64,000 nucleotides of DNA from Patescibacteria group bacterium (GTDB taxonomy: Bacteria; Patescibacteriota; Gracilibacteria; UBA4473), in NCBI GenBank assembly GCA_965660445.1, contig CBFIAK010000001.1:256001-320000 (forward strand), read 5' to 3'. This document shows positions 42,922-52,305 of this stretch, piece after piece (within the stretch, counting starts at the first letter, position 1; the number at the start of each line of letters is the position of its first letter). The translations under genes were made by a program, and so were the position numbers. A model generated the notes under the pieces. It did not search any database and was not told where the DNA came from. It worked only from the letters and a program-made list of their open reading frames with translations.

Positions 42922-43527
42922 TTATAAAGATGCGTCGTATTGTGTTTGAGCAAAATCCCAATCGACAACGTTCCAAAACGCTTTTATGTAATCAGGGCGT
43001 TTGTTTTGGTATTGTAGATAATAAGCATGTTCCCATACATCAAGACCTATAATGGGTGTATATCCATCACTGAGTGGTGAATCTTGGTTTGCTGTTGATA
43101 GGACTCGGAGTTTTCCGTTTTCAGAAACGAGCCATCCCCATCCACTTCCAAACTGAGAAGCAGATGTTGATTCAAATTGGTCTTTGAATTTTTCAAAACT
43201 ACCAAAAGAGTCCTCAATAGCTTTTTGAAGTGAACCGTTTGGCCGACCTCCACCAGCAGGAGATATGTTTTTCCAAAAGAAACTGTGATTAGCGTGTCCG
43301 CCTCCGTGGTTTCGAACAGCTGTTTGGATACTCGATGGTATTGATTCAAGATCAGAAACAAGCTCTTCTACTGGTTTTTGAGCAAGATCAGAAAAATCTT
43401 TGAGTGCGGCATTGAGTTTATCGATATACGATTGATGATGTTTTGAATGGTGGATTTCCATTGTTTTGGCATCAAAATGAGGTTCTAAGTCATTATATTC
43501 GTAGTTTAGTTTTGGCAGTGTGTACAT
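42922..43527 (-). CDS. sodA: Superoxide dismutase (Mn/Fe)
   Basis: [40 protein letters not shown]. Confidence 0.97.
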   Translation of the reverse strand: MYTLPKLNYEYNDLEPHFDAKTMEIHHSKHHQSYIDKLNAALKDFSDLAQKPVEELVSDLESIPSSIQTAVRNHGGGHANHSFFWKNISPAGGGRPNGSLQKAIEDSFGSFEKFKDQFESTSASQFGSGWGWLVSENGKLRVLSTANQDSPLSDGYTPIIGLDVWEHAYYLQYQNKRPDYIKAFWNVVDWDFAQTQYDASL

Positions 43528-43591
43528 AACAAAAAAAGGTTAAGAAACAAGCAGAGTATAACAAAAAAGAATCAATAATACAAGGAGAGCC

Positions 43592-44809
43592 TTATTGTGT
43601 TTTCAAAGCATCGAAATCTTTCATAAACGGACGAACGTCGTTCATTAAAATAGCTTTTGGGTTACACTGCATAACCATGCCGTCGAGATACATGAGTGAT
43701 TTGATGATTCCAAAAAGCCCTTCTTCGAATGTCATACCAGAGTGAATAGAGAGTTTTACCGTCTCCATCATCTTTTGAGTGAGGCTTTCTTCTTCCACAG
43801 TTGTATTCTGAAAATTTTTGTATAAATCTATAATTTTGTTCTGAAAAATTTGAAACTGAATATCGTTGAGTTTTGTGTGAGAAAGATTGTGAAGAGTGGA
43901 TGCCATGAGATCATATTCTTTTTGGCTGAGGTGTTTTAATAAATCGAGAAGTCCATGTGCAAATACATGCGGAACGGTTTCGATATTACTATTATCAATA
44001 AATACAATGCTATCTTTTTCGATAAATATATTACCGGGATGTAAATCTCCATGAAATTGACCCTGTAAAAATATATAAAACCCATGAATACGAAATAAAA
44101 GGAGTAGTTTTTCGTAATCGAGTTGTTTTGATTCAAGGAGCTCATCGAGTGATTTTCCATTTATAAAATCAGAAACAAGAACGTATTCATTACTGTATTC
44201 ACTATAGATATGAGGAAACGAGAGGTTTTGCAGATAAGGGAGGGTGTCTTTGTACTGATCTCGTATAGTAGCGAGCGTTTTGGTTCCACTGATTTCATTT
44301 GTCAGGTTCAGTTCGGTCAGTGTTAATCGTTCTATGGTCTCCAGTGTTCCAATGGGATCAGCTAGTTTTTTGAGTTTTGGGTAGAAAAAAAGAATAAAAC
44401 GCAAAAACCGTTTTGTGTTTCGTATGTCTTTGAGAAAAGCGGGTTTAAAATCTTTTTTTCGAATTTTTAGAACGACTGTTTTTCCGTTGCGAAGAATTGC
44501 TTTATGGACTTGCCCTACAGAAGCTGAGGCAAGTGATTGTGGTTCAATGTGTTCGATATTGTTTTTTAGTTCTTGTGATGCATACTCATCGAAAAGCTGA
44601 AAAAAGTTCTCTGCAGGAATGGGGGTGTTTTTTCGATACAGTTTTTTGAGGTGCTGACATTTTTCAAGAGGTAGAAAATCACTTCTTAATGCGTACATTT
44701 GACTTATTTTAACAGCCAAGAGTCCGAGATGCTGAATTCGCTGAAGATCAGGTTTTTTTTGGGGGCCAAATAAAATCCAGAGGAGGGTGAGGAGTTGAAA
44801 AAGATTCAT
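43592..44809 (-). CDS. ABC1/UbiB/AarF family atypical kinase
   Basis: KISQ...R.D, ASASVGQVHKA, VLKI, FHGDLHPGNI, FID. Confidence 0.9.
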   Translation of the reverse strand: MNLFQLLTLLWILFGPQKKPDLQRIQHLGLLAVKISQMYALRSDFLPLEKCQHLKKLYRKNTPIPAENFFQLFDEYASQELKNNIEHIEPQSLASASVGQVHKAILRNGKTVVLKIRKKDFKPAFLKDIRNTKRFLRFILFFYPKLKKLADPIGTLETIERLTLTELNLTNEISGTKTLATIRDQYKDTLPYLQNLSFPHIYSEYSNEYVLVSDFINGKSLDELLESKQLDYEKLLLLFRIHGFYIFLQGQFHGDLHPGNIFIEKDSIVFIDNSNIETVPHVFAHGLLDLLKHLSQKEYDLMASTLHNLSHTKLNDIQFQIFQNKIIDLYKNFQNTTVEEESLTQKMMETVKLSIHSGMTFEEGLFGIIKSLMYLDGMVMQCNPKAILMNDVRPFMKDFDALKTQ

Positions 44810-44815
44810 AGATAT

Positions 44816-46336
44816 TTAGAGTTCAAACGATGCGTAGGCTTGCGGAACTGGTTGTCCATACTTTTCAGAGATAAGGTTTGCGGCAATTCTTCCTGATTCG
44901 TAAATAGTAGGGAGTCCACTTCCCGGATGAGTGCCGCCTCCAGTAAGGTAGACATTTTTGTATCCTGATAGTTGGTTATGCGGTCTGAAATAGAGCATTT
45001 GTTTAATTATATGTGATAGATTAAAAACAGCCCCCTGAAAGACATTCATGTCTGTTTCCCAATCGGTTGGGGTTATTATTTTTTCAGTGACGATATGTGA
45101 TGAAAGGTCTTTCATTCCTGTTCGTGCTTCTATGCGGCGGATAATCATGTCGCGGTATTGTTGAGAAAATTCGTTCCAATCGAGGTTTGATTGATTATTA
45201 ACCGTTGGAACGAGAACATAGAGTGCAGAATGACCTTTAGGAGCAAGTGATGGGTCGGTAATACTTGCGTTTCTTACATAAATAGACATGTCTTCAGACG
45301 CTTTTTGGTTTGTGTTCATTTCGTCAACATTATGGTGATAATTATCAGCAATAATAATGTTATGATGGGGTTCGTTTTCGTAGAGAGTATCAAGTCCAAG
45401 GTAGAGCATGAAGGTTGAACAAGAAAACTTCTTTTTCTTCATTTCTTTTTCTTTGTGGCGTGGATGAGTTACAACCGCTTCATCAAAAAGATTGGTCATG
45501 CTGTAGGCATAATCAGCATTCAAAATACATTCGTCACAGGTAATAATTTCTTTGTTATCGAGTTTTATGTGAGTAACTTTTTTTCCTGATTGATAGAGTT
45601 TTCGAACAGATCGGTCTTTTATGAGTGTTCCTCCATTTTTTTGAAACACATCCGCCATGGCATGCGATATGCGGTTGAGACCTCCTTGCACGTGATACAT
45701 CCCATATTGGTACTCGATGTAAGGAAGTATGGTGAATAACGCTGGGCAATTCCATGGTGACATACCGAGATATTTTGCTTGGAATGTAAATGCGAGTTTG
45801 AGGTTGTCATCTTCAAAATATTGCCCTAGTTCTTGGTACACAGATTTAGGAGTTGCAATATAAGGAATTGCTTTGAGTATATTTTTATTCAGCATATGCC
45901 ACCAATGTAGATAAGGGCGATGCAAACATGGAAATATGGCCTTGAATTTTTTATGATGGTGATCCATGAATTGTCGTACGCCTTTTTCGTTTCCTGGGAA
46001 TTTTTCAGCCACTTCTTGGGTTAATTGTTCTATATTCGTTGTTGGGTGAAGATTTGTATGAGGAAACGATATTCTGTACATAGGATCAAGCCGTACAAAA
46101 TCTAAAAATTCATCACTGTTATAACCAGCTTCGTGAAATATTTCATCGAGTGTAAATTTCTGATGAAGAAAAGTGGGTCCAATATCAAACGAATAGTCTC
46201 CGAGCTTGAGTTCTCCGTTTCTTCCTCCAACGGTTTTATTTTTTTCAATAATGGTTACGTTAAACCCTCTATGGGTGAGAATCATTCCAGCGGTAAGACC
46301 ACCTGGACCAGCACCAATAATCACAATATTTTTCAT
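44816..46336 (-). CDS. Phytoene desaturase family protein (CrtI/CrtN-like)
   Basis: IIGAGPGGL, GGR, FDIGPTF, YLGMSPW, D.SLAP.G, FRPHN, GGGTHPGSGLP. Confidence 0.9.
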   Translation of the reverse strand: MKNIVIIGAGPGGLTAGMILTHRGFNVTIIEKNKTVGGRNGELKLGDYSFDIGPTFLHQKFTLDEIFHEAGYNSDEFLDFVRLDPMYRISFPHTNLHPTTNIEQLTQEVAEKFPGNEKGVRQFMDHHHKKFKAIFPCLHRPYLHWWHMLNKNILKAIPYIATPKSVYQELGQYFEDDNLKLAFTFQAKYLGMSPWNCPALFTILPYIEYQYGMYHVQGGLNRISHAMADVFQKNGGTLIKDRSVRKLYQSGKKVTHIKLDNKEIITCDECILNADYAYSMTNLFDEAVVTHPRHKEKEMKKKKFSCSTFMLYLGLDTLYENEPHHNIIIADNYHHNVDEMNTNQKASEDMSIYVRNASITDPSLAPKGHSALYVLVPTVNNQSNLDWNEFSQQYRDMIIRRIEARTGMKDLSSHIVTEKIITPTDWETDMNVFQGAVFNLSHIIKQMLYFRPHNQLSGYKNVYLTGGGTHPGSGLPTIYESGRIAANLISEKYGQPVPQAYASFEL

Positions 46337-46455
46337 GGTTCTGATTATATGTATATTTTTTTGTATAGCTAGAGAAAGAGAGCAAAAAAAAGAAAAGAAT
46401 TGCACAAATAGAGAACACGGATTATTGTACATTCACTGTTGTAATTTATGATTTC

Positions 46456-47754
46456 ATGATTTTGCCTGTTCGTCCCAAAACAATTATATTTACTGGATTT
46501 GAACACAAAAAAGAAGAAATTGAAATGGCTAAGAAAAAAGGATTTTACGTGGTGTTATTGACTCAAAAAATAAAAGAATCAGCGTTTTGTGTATTTGATG
46601 AAGTAATTGAAGTTGATTTATACAAAAAAAAAGAAGTAGATGCCTTGATTCCTGTTTTAAAAGAGAAATTCAGAGTAAAAGCACTGGTCAGTAATTATGA
46701 AAAGTATGTTGTTCCTCGTTCTTATATTGCTGAAAAACTTGGTGTTGTGGGGACATCGGTGTATAGCGCTTGTTGCACGAGAAATAAAGCATTACAGAGA
46801 TATGCTTTATCGGTACTTCCAGAGAATATTGATTGGCGAATTATACGAACAGAAAAAGAGTTTCACGATGGGGTTATTGATTTTGGAGGGAAGGCTTTTT
46901 TAAAGTTTACAAGTGGTGTGAAAAGTCGGGCTGTGTATAGTGTAGATAAAACGAAACATAATTTATCCTCTGTGTGGGAATCCTTTCAAAAAAATATAAA
47001 TATTTTTGATGATGGGTTCCAAGAAGATTATGCGTATTTAGATTTTCGGTTTTCTTATCCAGATCCGAAATCGGAGTTTTTATTAGAAAAAGCCGTTTCA
47101 GGAAAACAAATAACAGTTGCTTCTTTTGCAGGTAGTCATTGTATATGGCATATGCCGAGTGTTTGTGATGTGTATACGGCACGAGATTGCGGAATTGATG
47201 ATTCATTTCTAGCGGTTCGGATACTGCCATCAAAAGAATCAGAAGAGATAATAAAAGAAGCTTATTTGGTAACAGAAACAGCCTCACAAATACTGGGACT
47301 TCGTTATTGTGGTATTCATTCTGAGCTTTTATGTACAGATGATGGGAGTATAAAGATTATTGAAATAGCGAGTCGTATTGGTGGATATCGGGAAACATTA
47401 TATTCTTCTTCCTATGGTATTTCATTGTCACAACAAATTGTAAATGCTGCAATTGGGCGAGGAGTGACGGTTTCAAAAGCAGTCAAACAATATACAGCCT
47501 GTATTGAAATTTTTCCGAAATGCGAAGGTCTATATAAAGGCATGGATTCACTTGAATCATACATAAAAAACGGAACAATTCAGTCAGTAAAAATAAGGGC
47601 TTGTATTGGTGACCGAGTGGGGAAAGCCTGTGATGGTTTTTCTGCTGTTTGTCGGGTAGTGTTGACCGGAAAAACATATGATGCTGTTTATGAGGCAGCG
47701 ATGTCTTTGTCTACACAGTGTCGAGTATGGGTAGAGCAAGATGATGCAGAATGA
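46456..47754 (+). CDS. ATP-grasp domain protein (amino-acid ligase-like)
   Basis: RNKALQR, FLK...GVKSR.V, FLLEKAVSG, IHSE, IIEIASRIGG. Confidence 0.8.
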   Translation: MILPVRPKTIIFTGFEHKKEEIEMAKKKGFYVVLLTQKIKESAFCVFDEVIEVDLYKKKEVDALIPVLKEKFRVKALVSNYEKYVVPRSYIAEKLGVVGTSVYSACCTRNKALQRYALSVLPENIDWRIIRTEKEFHDGVIDFGGKAFLKFTSGVKSRAVYSVDKTKHNLSSVWESFQKNINIFDDGFQEDYAYLDFRFSYPDPKSEFLLEKAVSGKQITVASFAGSHCIWHMPSVCDVYTARDCGIDDSFLAVRILPSKESEEIIKEAYLVTETASQILGLRYCGIHSELLCTDDGSIKIIEIASRIGGYRETLYSSSYGISLSQQIVNAAIGRGVTVSKAVKQYTACIEIFPKCEGLYKGMDSLESYIKNGTIQSVKIRACIGDRVGKACDGFSAVCRVVLTGKTYDAVYEAAMSLSTQCRVWVEQDDAE

Positions 47755-48028
47755 GTGTGGCAAAAAATATTCTATGCTAAAACACGAAAAACTACACTCT
47801 GACTCGAAAACCCAAAAGGGTAAGTCTTTCATTGAAAAATGGATAAGGGGTGAGTAGCTATATAAATAGACAATTTAGATTTTCATCTTTAATTTTTGCA
47901 TTATTTGAAGTCCTGAATGCCGTTACTTGTTCTTTATCTATTATTTGAAGTTTATGAAAGAGGCGTGAATTCGTAAATAAAAAACCGGTTTCTTTTGAAA
48001 GAAACCGGAATAGTTGTGTTTTAGAAAT

Positions 48029-48640
48029 TTAATCATTGCGAGGTTTTAATACGCCTAAGAGCATAAATTTTTCTGTTAATTCTTGTGATGCATAGATACT
48101 TAATCCGGAATTGTCTTTCGTTAAACCAAGTTCCTTTCTTAAATTATTTGGTACTTGTATTTTAACCTTATTTTGACTTTTCAGATACAATAAACGCATT
48201 TTGAATTTTTTCCCCGAACGATTTGCAACAGTTTCTATCCATAAATCACCATTTTCTTTTTGTGTAAAAAAGGCAACCACAAAATCTCCATTATCATCAA
48301 ACTCAACAATTCGAATGCATGATGATGTAGGAATTTCTACGCTCATGTGTTTAAATGATGAGATAGGATGCTCCGTAAAGTATTGAGGGGATGGTTTTTT
48401 GAAAAATAAAGCCATCTCTTTCTTTACTTGTTTTAGTTGATCGTCATGCGAAAAATCACATTCGTTTTCCCATACATCTTCTTGAAATTCATGTATTGGA
48501 AATTCCATGTCGAAATCAATACTTCGTCCATCAGGAAGTTTAATTCCTCCCACTCCTTCTTGATTATTGCTGTCTGCTTTCTTTATGTCACAAGAAATCA
48601 GAGATAAGCTAATCAAAAGGCTTAAATATATTTTGTACAT
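48029..48640 (-). CDS. Hypothetical lipoprotein (paralog 1)
   Basis: MYKIYLSLLISLSLISC lipobox; AAGGAG RBS. Confidence 0.7.
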   Translation of the reverse strand: MYKIYLSLLISLSLISCDIKKADSNNQEGVGGIKLPDGRSIDFDMEFPIHEFQEDVWENECDFSHDDQLKQVKKEMALFFKKPSPQYFTEHPISSFKHMSVEIPTSSCIRIVEFDDNGDFVVAFFTQKENGDLWIETVANRSGKKFKMRLLYLKSQNKVKIQVPNNLRKELGLTKDNSGLSIYASQELTEKFMLLGVLKPRND

Positions 48641-48941
48641 ATTTTAATCTCCTTGCAATGGTTTATAAAATTAGTTTGTAAAACAACATTTATATTTCTA
48701 CATAAAATAAACAAGGCAGTCAATACGAATATTTAAAAATCATAGAGATGCTCTTCCTATCATGTACACGCTACAGAATTAATTTTAGTATTTTACATTA
48801 TTTTTCCGTGATATCCTCCCTTAAAAAGAGAAAAATCTTCGCGATTTCTTTTTTCTTCGTTCGTTGTATCAAACCTTATTCGGTTCTCATCCAATCTAAC
48901 ATAAAAAATATCGATAACCGTAATGAGTAAAGATATTTTAT

Positions 48942-49018
48942 TGGTACAGGCGGAGGGATTCGAACCCCCGACACCCGGTTCCGAAGACCGGTGCTCTATC
49001 CAGCTGAGCTACGCCTGC
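48942..49018 (-). tRNA. tRNA-Arg(UCG)
   Basis: GCAGGCG acceptor stem, anticodon arm CCGGT-CTTCGGA-ACCGG, GGTTCGAATCC, encoded CCA. Confidence 0.96.
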
Positions 49019-49173
49019 GTTGTGTAGAAAAAAACAAAAGAACGCTGGGATTCTAAATAAAAAAAAATCAAAATCAAATTTTTTTTTGTGATATCAAACT
49101 TGTTTGACTTATGGAAGGCAAGTATGTAATAAATAGCACTGCTATTTTACAAATATAATTAAGGAGTGTTGGT

Positions 49174-49833
49174 ATGTATAAATACCTTGTTTGGGGGGTT
49201 TTATTTCTTTGTTCCTGTCAAAAAGAATTAAGAAAAAATGACTTGCCTCAAAACGAATCAAGTACTGATGTATTAAAGAATGGTTGTTCTGTGATATATG
49301 ATAAGCAATCACGTATAATAAAGAGTTTTATATTAAACTCTGGTAGAGAAATATCATTTTTCCCTTCTGTTCCAAAAAGAGGTTTCTTTGAACATTTTTC
49401 AGAAGGGAGATATAGAACCTCGTACTTCAACGAACTGCAAAAAGTAGAGTCGATGAAGACTTTGGTAAACCGGTTTTTATCTATGGAAGTCGGTACATAT
49501 TTTGAACCACAGAAAAATACATTCGTTGCTTTCGATGTCCTGAGTGATAATCTTCTGAGAATGGTAGTGATTGATATTAACACAGAAACAGCGGTTCATT
49601 ATTTCTTCACAATGGATGATAATCAAGTTTTTATTGATATTTTGTATGATAAAAAAAGACATATACGAAGTATTTATTATACAAATAAAACAAGAGTTAC
49701 ACTCTATGCTCATGCATGGGTAGATACACTCATATTAGCTGTACCAACATCTGCAGATATAAAGTTGATGGTGTACGCACAAAATTTATTAAAAAGTGCT
49801 GTACATCCATTACAAAAATTTTTTTATAAATAA
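49174..49833 (+). CDS. Hypothetical lipoprotein (paralog 2)
   Basis: MYKYLVWGVLFLCSC lipobox-like; TAAGGAG RBS. Confidence 0.7.
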   Translation: MYKYLVWGVLFLCSCQKELRKNDLPQNESSTDVLKNGCSVIYDKQSRIIKSFILNSGREISFFPSVPKRGFFEHFSEGRYRTSYFNELQKVESMKTLVNRFLSMEVGTYFEPQKNTFVAFDVLSDNLLRMVVIDINTETAVHYFFTMDDNQVFIDILYDKKRHIRSIYYTNKTRVTLYAHAWVDTLILAVPTSADIKLMVYAQNLLKSAVHPLQKFFYK

Positions 49834-49907
49834 TAGCAAAACCTCAATAGTCTCTATTGAGGTTTTTTTCTATTGCGATTTTTGTCATTTTTTTTATACT
49901 TTTGTTG

Positions 49908-50879
49908 ATGAAAAAATGGTTTTTGATGCTTCTTTTCTGTATTCCTGCATTTAGTTCAGTGCAGGCATTTAATGATGTCTTTGAAGGTGATCCTCAATAT
50001 GCAACGTTTAATCATTTGCGTGATGTGGGTATTATGTGGGGGTACGAAGACGGTAATTTCTATCCAGAACGAGGGGTTACAAGAGCCGAAGCTTTGCTTA
50101 TTGCCCTGCGATCTGGTGGAATTGCGATTCCGAGTCATGAAGGGATTACTTATTTTCAAGATGTTAGTCCTGATGCTTGGTATGCTCCGGCAATAAAAAG
50201 AGGAGTTGATACGGAGGTTATCTTTCAAAATACAGAACTTTTTTATCCAGATAATCTCGTCACGAAAGCAGAGTTTTTAGCTATGCTTTTTCGAGCCACT
50301 CAAGTTGATTTTGGTCCCTATTTTGGTACGAAAAATATCGCCAGTGATATTGCTGATGAAGACTGGTTTGTGCCTCACTTTGCATATGCTGCACAGTTTC
50401 AAATCGCTAAACTTCCTCCTGATAATATGTATCGTCCTTATAAAACATTAACCCGTCGAGAAGTCGCAGTAATAACATTTCGTCAATTACGAGTGTTTCA
50501 TGGTGATGAAGTTACAAAAGTGTTTATAGAACTTCAAGCAGTTATTGATATGTTTATTACCTTCCTTCAATCAGGGGAAGAAGATAAAGCAACAATGCAA
50601 TTGCAGCGTATTGTGGAACTTACCAATTCAATGACTCGTATGCAGAATAATGAAGATGCTATTGCTGCAAACGCTATATCACTTGCTATGATGAATTTTT
50701 CAGAAAGCCTTCAGTCTTTGCGGTTTCAACATTACCTCCGATTTCTTTCATCACTCTATCTTGCAGAAAAACAAGCACAACGAGCACGAGAAGAATCAGT
50801 TGCCATAGCCCCTTTCGCTGAAAAACTGATAGAGCTTATTGAAGAAACTCTTATGAGCTTTGAATATCAACGACAATAA
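49908..50879 (+). CDS. S-layer homology (SLH) domain protein
   Basis: Signal peptide, then three SLH-like repeats (FNDV...GIMWGY.DG.F.P...VTRAE; FQDV...W; ...LTRRE). Confidence 0.85.
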   Translation: MKKWFLMLLFCIPAFSSVQAFNDVFEGDPQYATFNHLRDVGIMWGYEDGNFYPERGVTRAEALLIALRSGGIAIPSHEGITYFQDVSPDAWYAPAIKRGVDTEVIFQNTELFYPDNLVTKAEFLAMLFRATQVDFGPYFGTKNIASDIADEDWFVPHFAYAAQFQIAKLPPDNMYRPYKTLTRREVAVITFRQLRVFHGDEVTKVFIELQAVIDMFITFLQSGEEDKATMQLQRIVELTNSMTRMQNNEDAIAANAISLAMMNFSESLQSLRFQHYLRFLSSLYLAEKQAQRAREESVAIAPFAEKLIELIEETLMSFEYQRQ

Positions 50880-50880
50880 A

Positions 50881-50909
50881 TTGACATTACCGGTATATTA
50901 TTTTATAAT
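50881..50909 (+). promoter_or_regulatory. Consensus sigma70 promoter for nrnA-like gene
   Basis: TTGACA-17 nt-TATAAT. Confidence 0.8.
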
Positions 50910-50943
50910 ATAATATGTTAGTGAATTTAATAGACGTTTTGGT

Positions 50944-51936
50944 ATGAAATCTTTAGTTTCTAGTGCGGTTTCATTTGATGAAAATACTCTCAAATCTTTT
51001 CAGGCATATATGCAAGAAAAGCCGAGTACATTGATTTTAATTCATGCGAATCCAGATGGTGATACATTTGGTGCTGGGTGGGCGTTGTATCATGCTCTTT
51101 TATCGCAAGAATTTGATGTTGATATGGCTTGTAAGGACGATATTCCAGAATCATTTCATTTTATAGGGAATACATCGTTTATAAAACATGATTTTAATCC
51201 GAACGATTATAAAACATTTATTTTTGTGGATTGTGGAGACAAACGAATGACTCAGTTTCACAACCTCTATCCAGAAATATTGTCAGAGAATGTCCATAAA
51301 ATAAATCTTGATCATCATCCTTCAAATGATCTGTTTGGAGATATAAATGGTGTGTTTACAAAGGCTGCCTCTACAACAGAAATTGTGTATCATTTACTAC
51401 TCGATTTGCATATACATATAACTCCATCAATGGCAACCGCATTGCTTTTAGGATTATATACAGATACAGGGGCTTTTATGCATCAAAATACAACGCCACA
51501 TGTGTATCAAATTGCAGGTGATTTGCTTGAAAAAGGAGCGAATATGGCTCGTATATCAAAACAAGTGTTTCGTACATACGATCTTCCAACACTCAAACTA
51601 TGGGGAAGAATCTTGCAAAATGTTTCCATAACTCCAGAAGGAGCCGCTATTGTTGGTATTTCTCGTGAAGAATACGAATCTCTTGGACTCAAACGAGATG
51701 ATATTTCTGGTGTTATTGATTATATCAATGCTCTTGATGAAGTTGAATACGTCGTGATGCTTTCTGAAGATGAAAAAGGAAATGTCAAAGGATCACTACG
51801 AACGAGAAAAGACCACGTAGACCTGAAAGCCTTAGCAGAACAGTTCGGAGGAGGTGGGCATGTGAGAGCCTCTGGGTTTACAATTCCAAAAGGAAGACTT
51901 CAAAAAGAAGTACGATGGAAAATTATACAAGAATAG
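50944..51936 (+). CDS. nrnA: DHH/DHHA1 family oligoribonuclease/pAp phosphatase (NrnA-like)
   Basis: HANPDGD, FVDC, NLDHH, TDTG.F, KGSLR, GGGGH..ASG. Confidence 0.9.
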   Translation: MKSLVSSAVSFDENTLKSFQAYMQEKPSTLILIHANPDGDTFGAGWALYHALLSQEFDVDMACKDDIPESFHFIGNTSFIKHDFNPNDYKTFIFVDCGDKRMTQFHNLYPEILSENVHKINLDHHPSNDLFGDINGVFTKAASTTEIVYHLLLDLHIHITPSMATALLLGLYTDTGAFMHQNTTPHVYQIAGDLLEKGANMARISKQVFRTYDLPTLKLWGRILQNVSITPEGAAIVGISREEYESLGLKRDDISGVIDYINALDEVEYVVMLSEDEKGNVKGSLRTRKDHVDLKALAEQFGGGGHVRASGFTIPKGRLQKEVRWKIIQE

Positions 51937-51943
51937 TCTCAAT

Positions 51944-51982
51944 AAAAAGAAGAGGGAAAATTTGACCCTCTTCTTTTTTTTT
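51944..51982 (+). terminator. Intrinsic terminator
   Basis: AAGAAGAGGG...CCCTCTTCTT followed by a T-run. Confidence 0.75.
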
Positions 51983-52038
51983 GTAGAATCGACTCGCTCT
52001 TTCTATTAAAGATTGAACAGAATGTTTTTTTCCAAAAA

Positions 52039-52123
52039 GCCGGGGTGGCGGAATTGGTAGACGCGCACGACTCAAAATCGTGTTCCGTAAGGAGTGAGAG
52101 TTCGATTCTCTCCCTCGGCACCA
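52039..52123 (+). tRNA. tRNA-Leu(CAA)
   Basis: GCCGGGG acceptor stem, CACGA-CTCAAAA-TCGTG anticodon arm, long variable arm, CCA. Confidence 0.97.
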
Positions 52124-52305
52124 GAAGCACAGTGAATTCTTCGAATTCAGAATAATGAATTATGAATTAAGAATTAAGGGGAAGCGCAAGAGCTACATGG
52201 AATCTGGAATCCGGAATCTTGAATCTAGAATAAATCGCAGAAATCATAAGGTGGTGCAAAGCCTTGTGATTTTTCCATAATTCATTATTCCTAATTCTAT
52301 TTTTA
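52124..52305. repeat. Mosaic intergenic repeat, copy D (short)
   Basis: TGAATTCTTCGAATTCA, GAATTAT/GAATCNN arrays, GGGAAGCGCAAGAGCTACATGG, ATCATAAGGTGGTGCAAAGCCTTGTGAT at 52243-52270. Confidence 0.9.

Noticed and set aside
47755-49173. Prophage or integrative element at tRNA-Arg(UCG)
   Set aside because: No integrase and no duplicated tRNA 3' end found
17484-52305. CRISPR array interpretation of the repeats
   Set aside because: No constant repeat alternating with unique, equal-length spacers, and no cas genes
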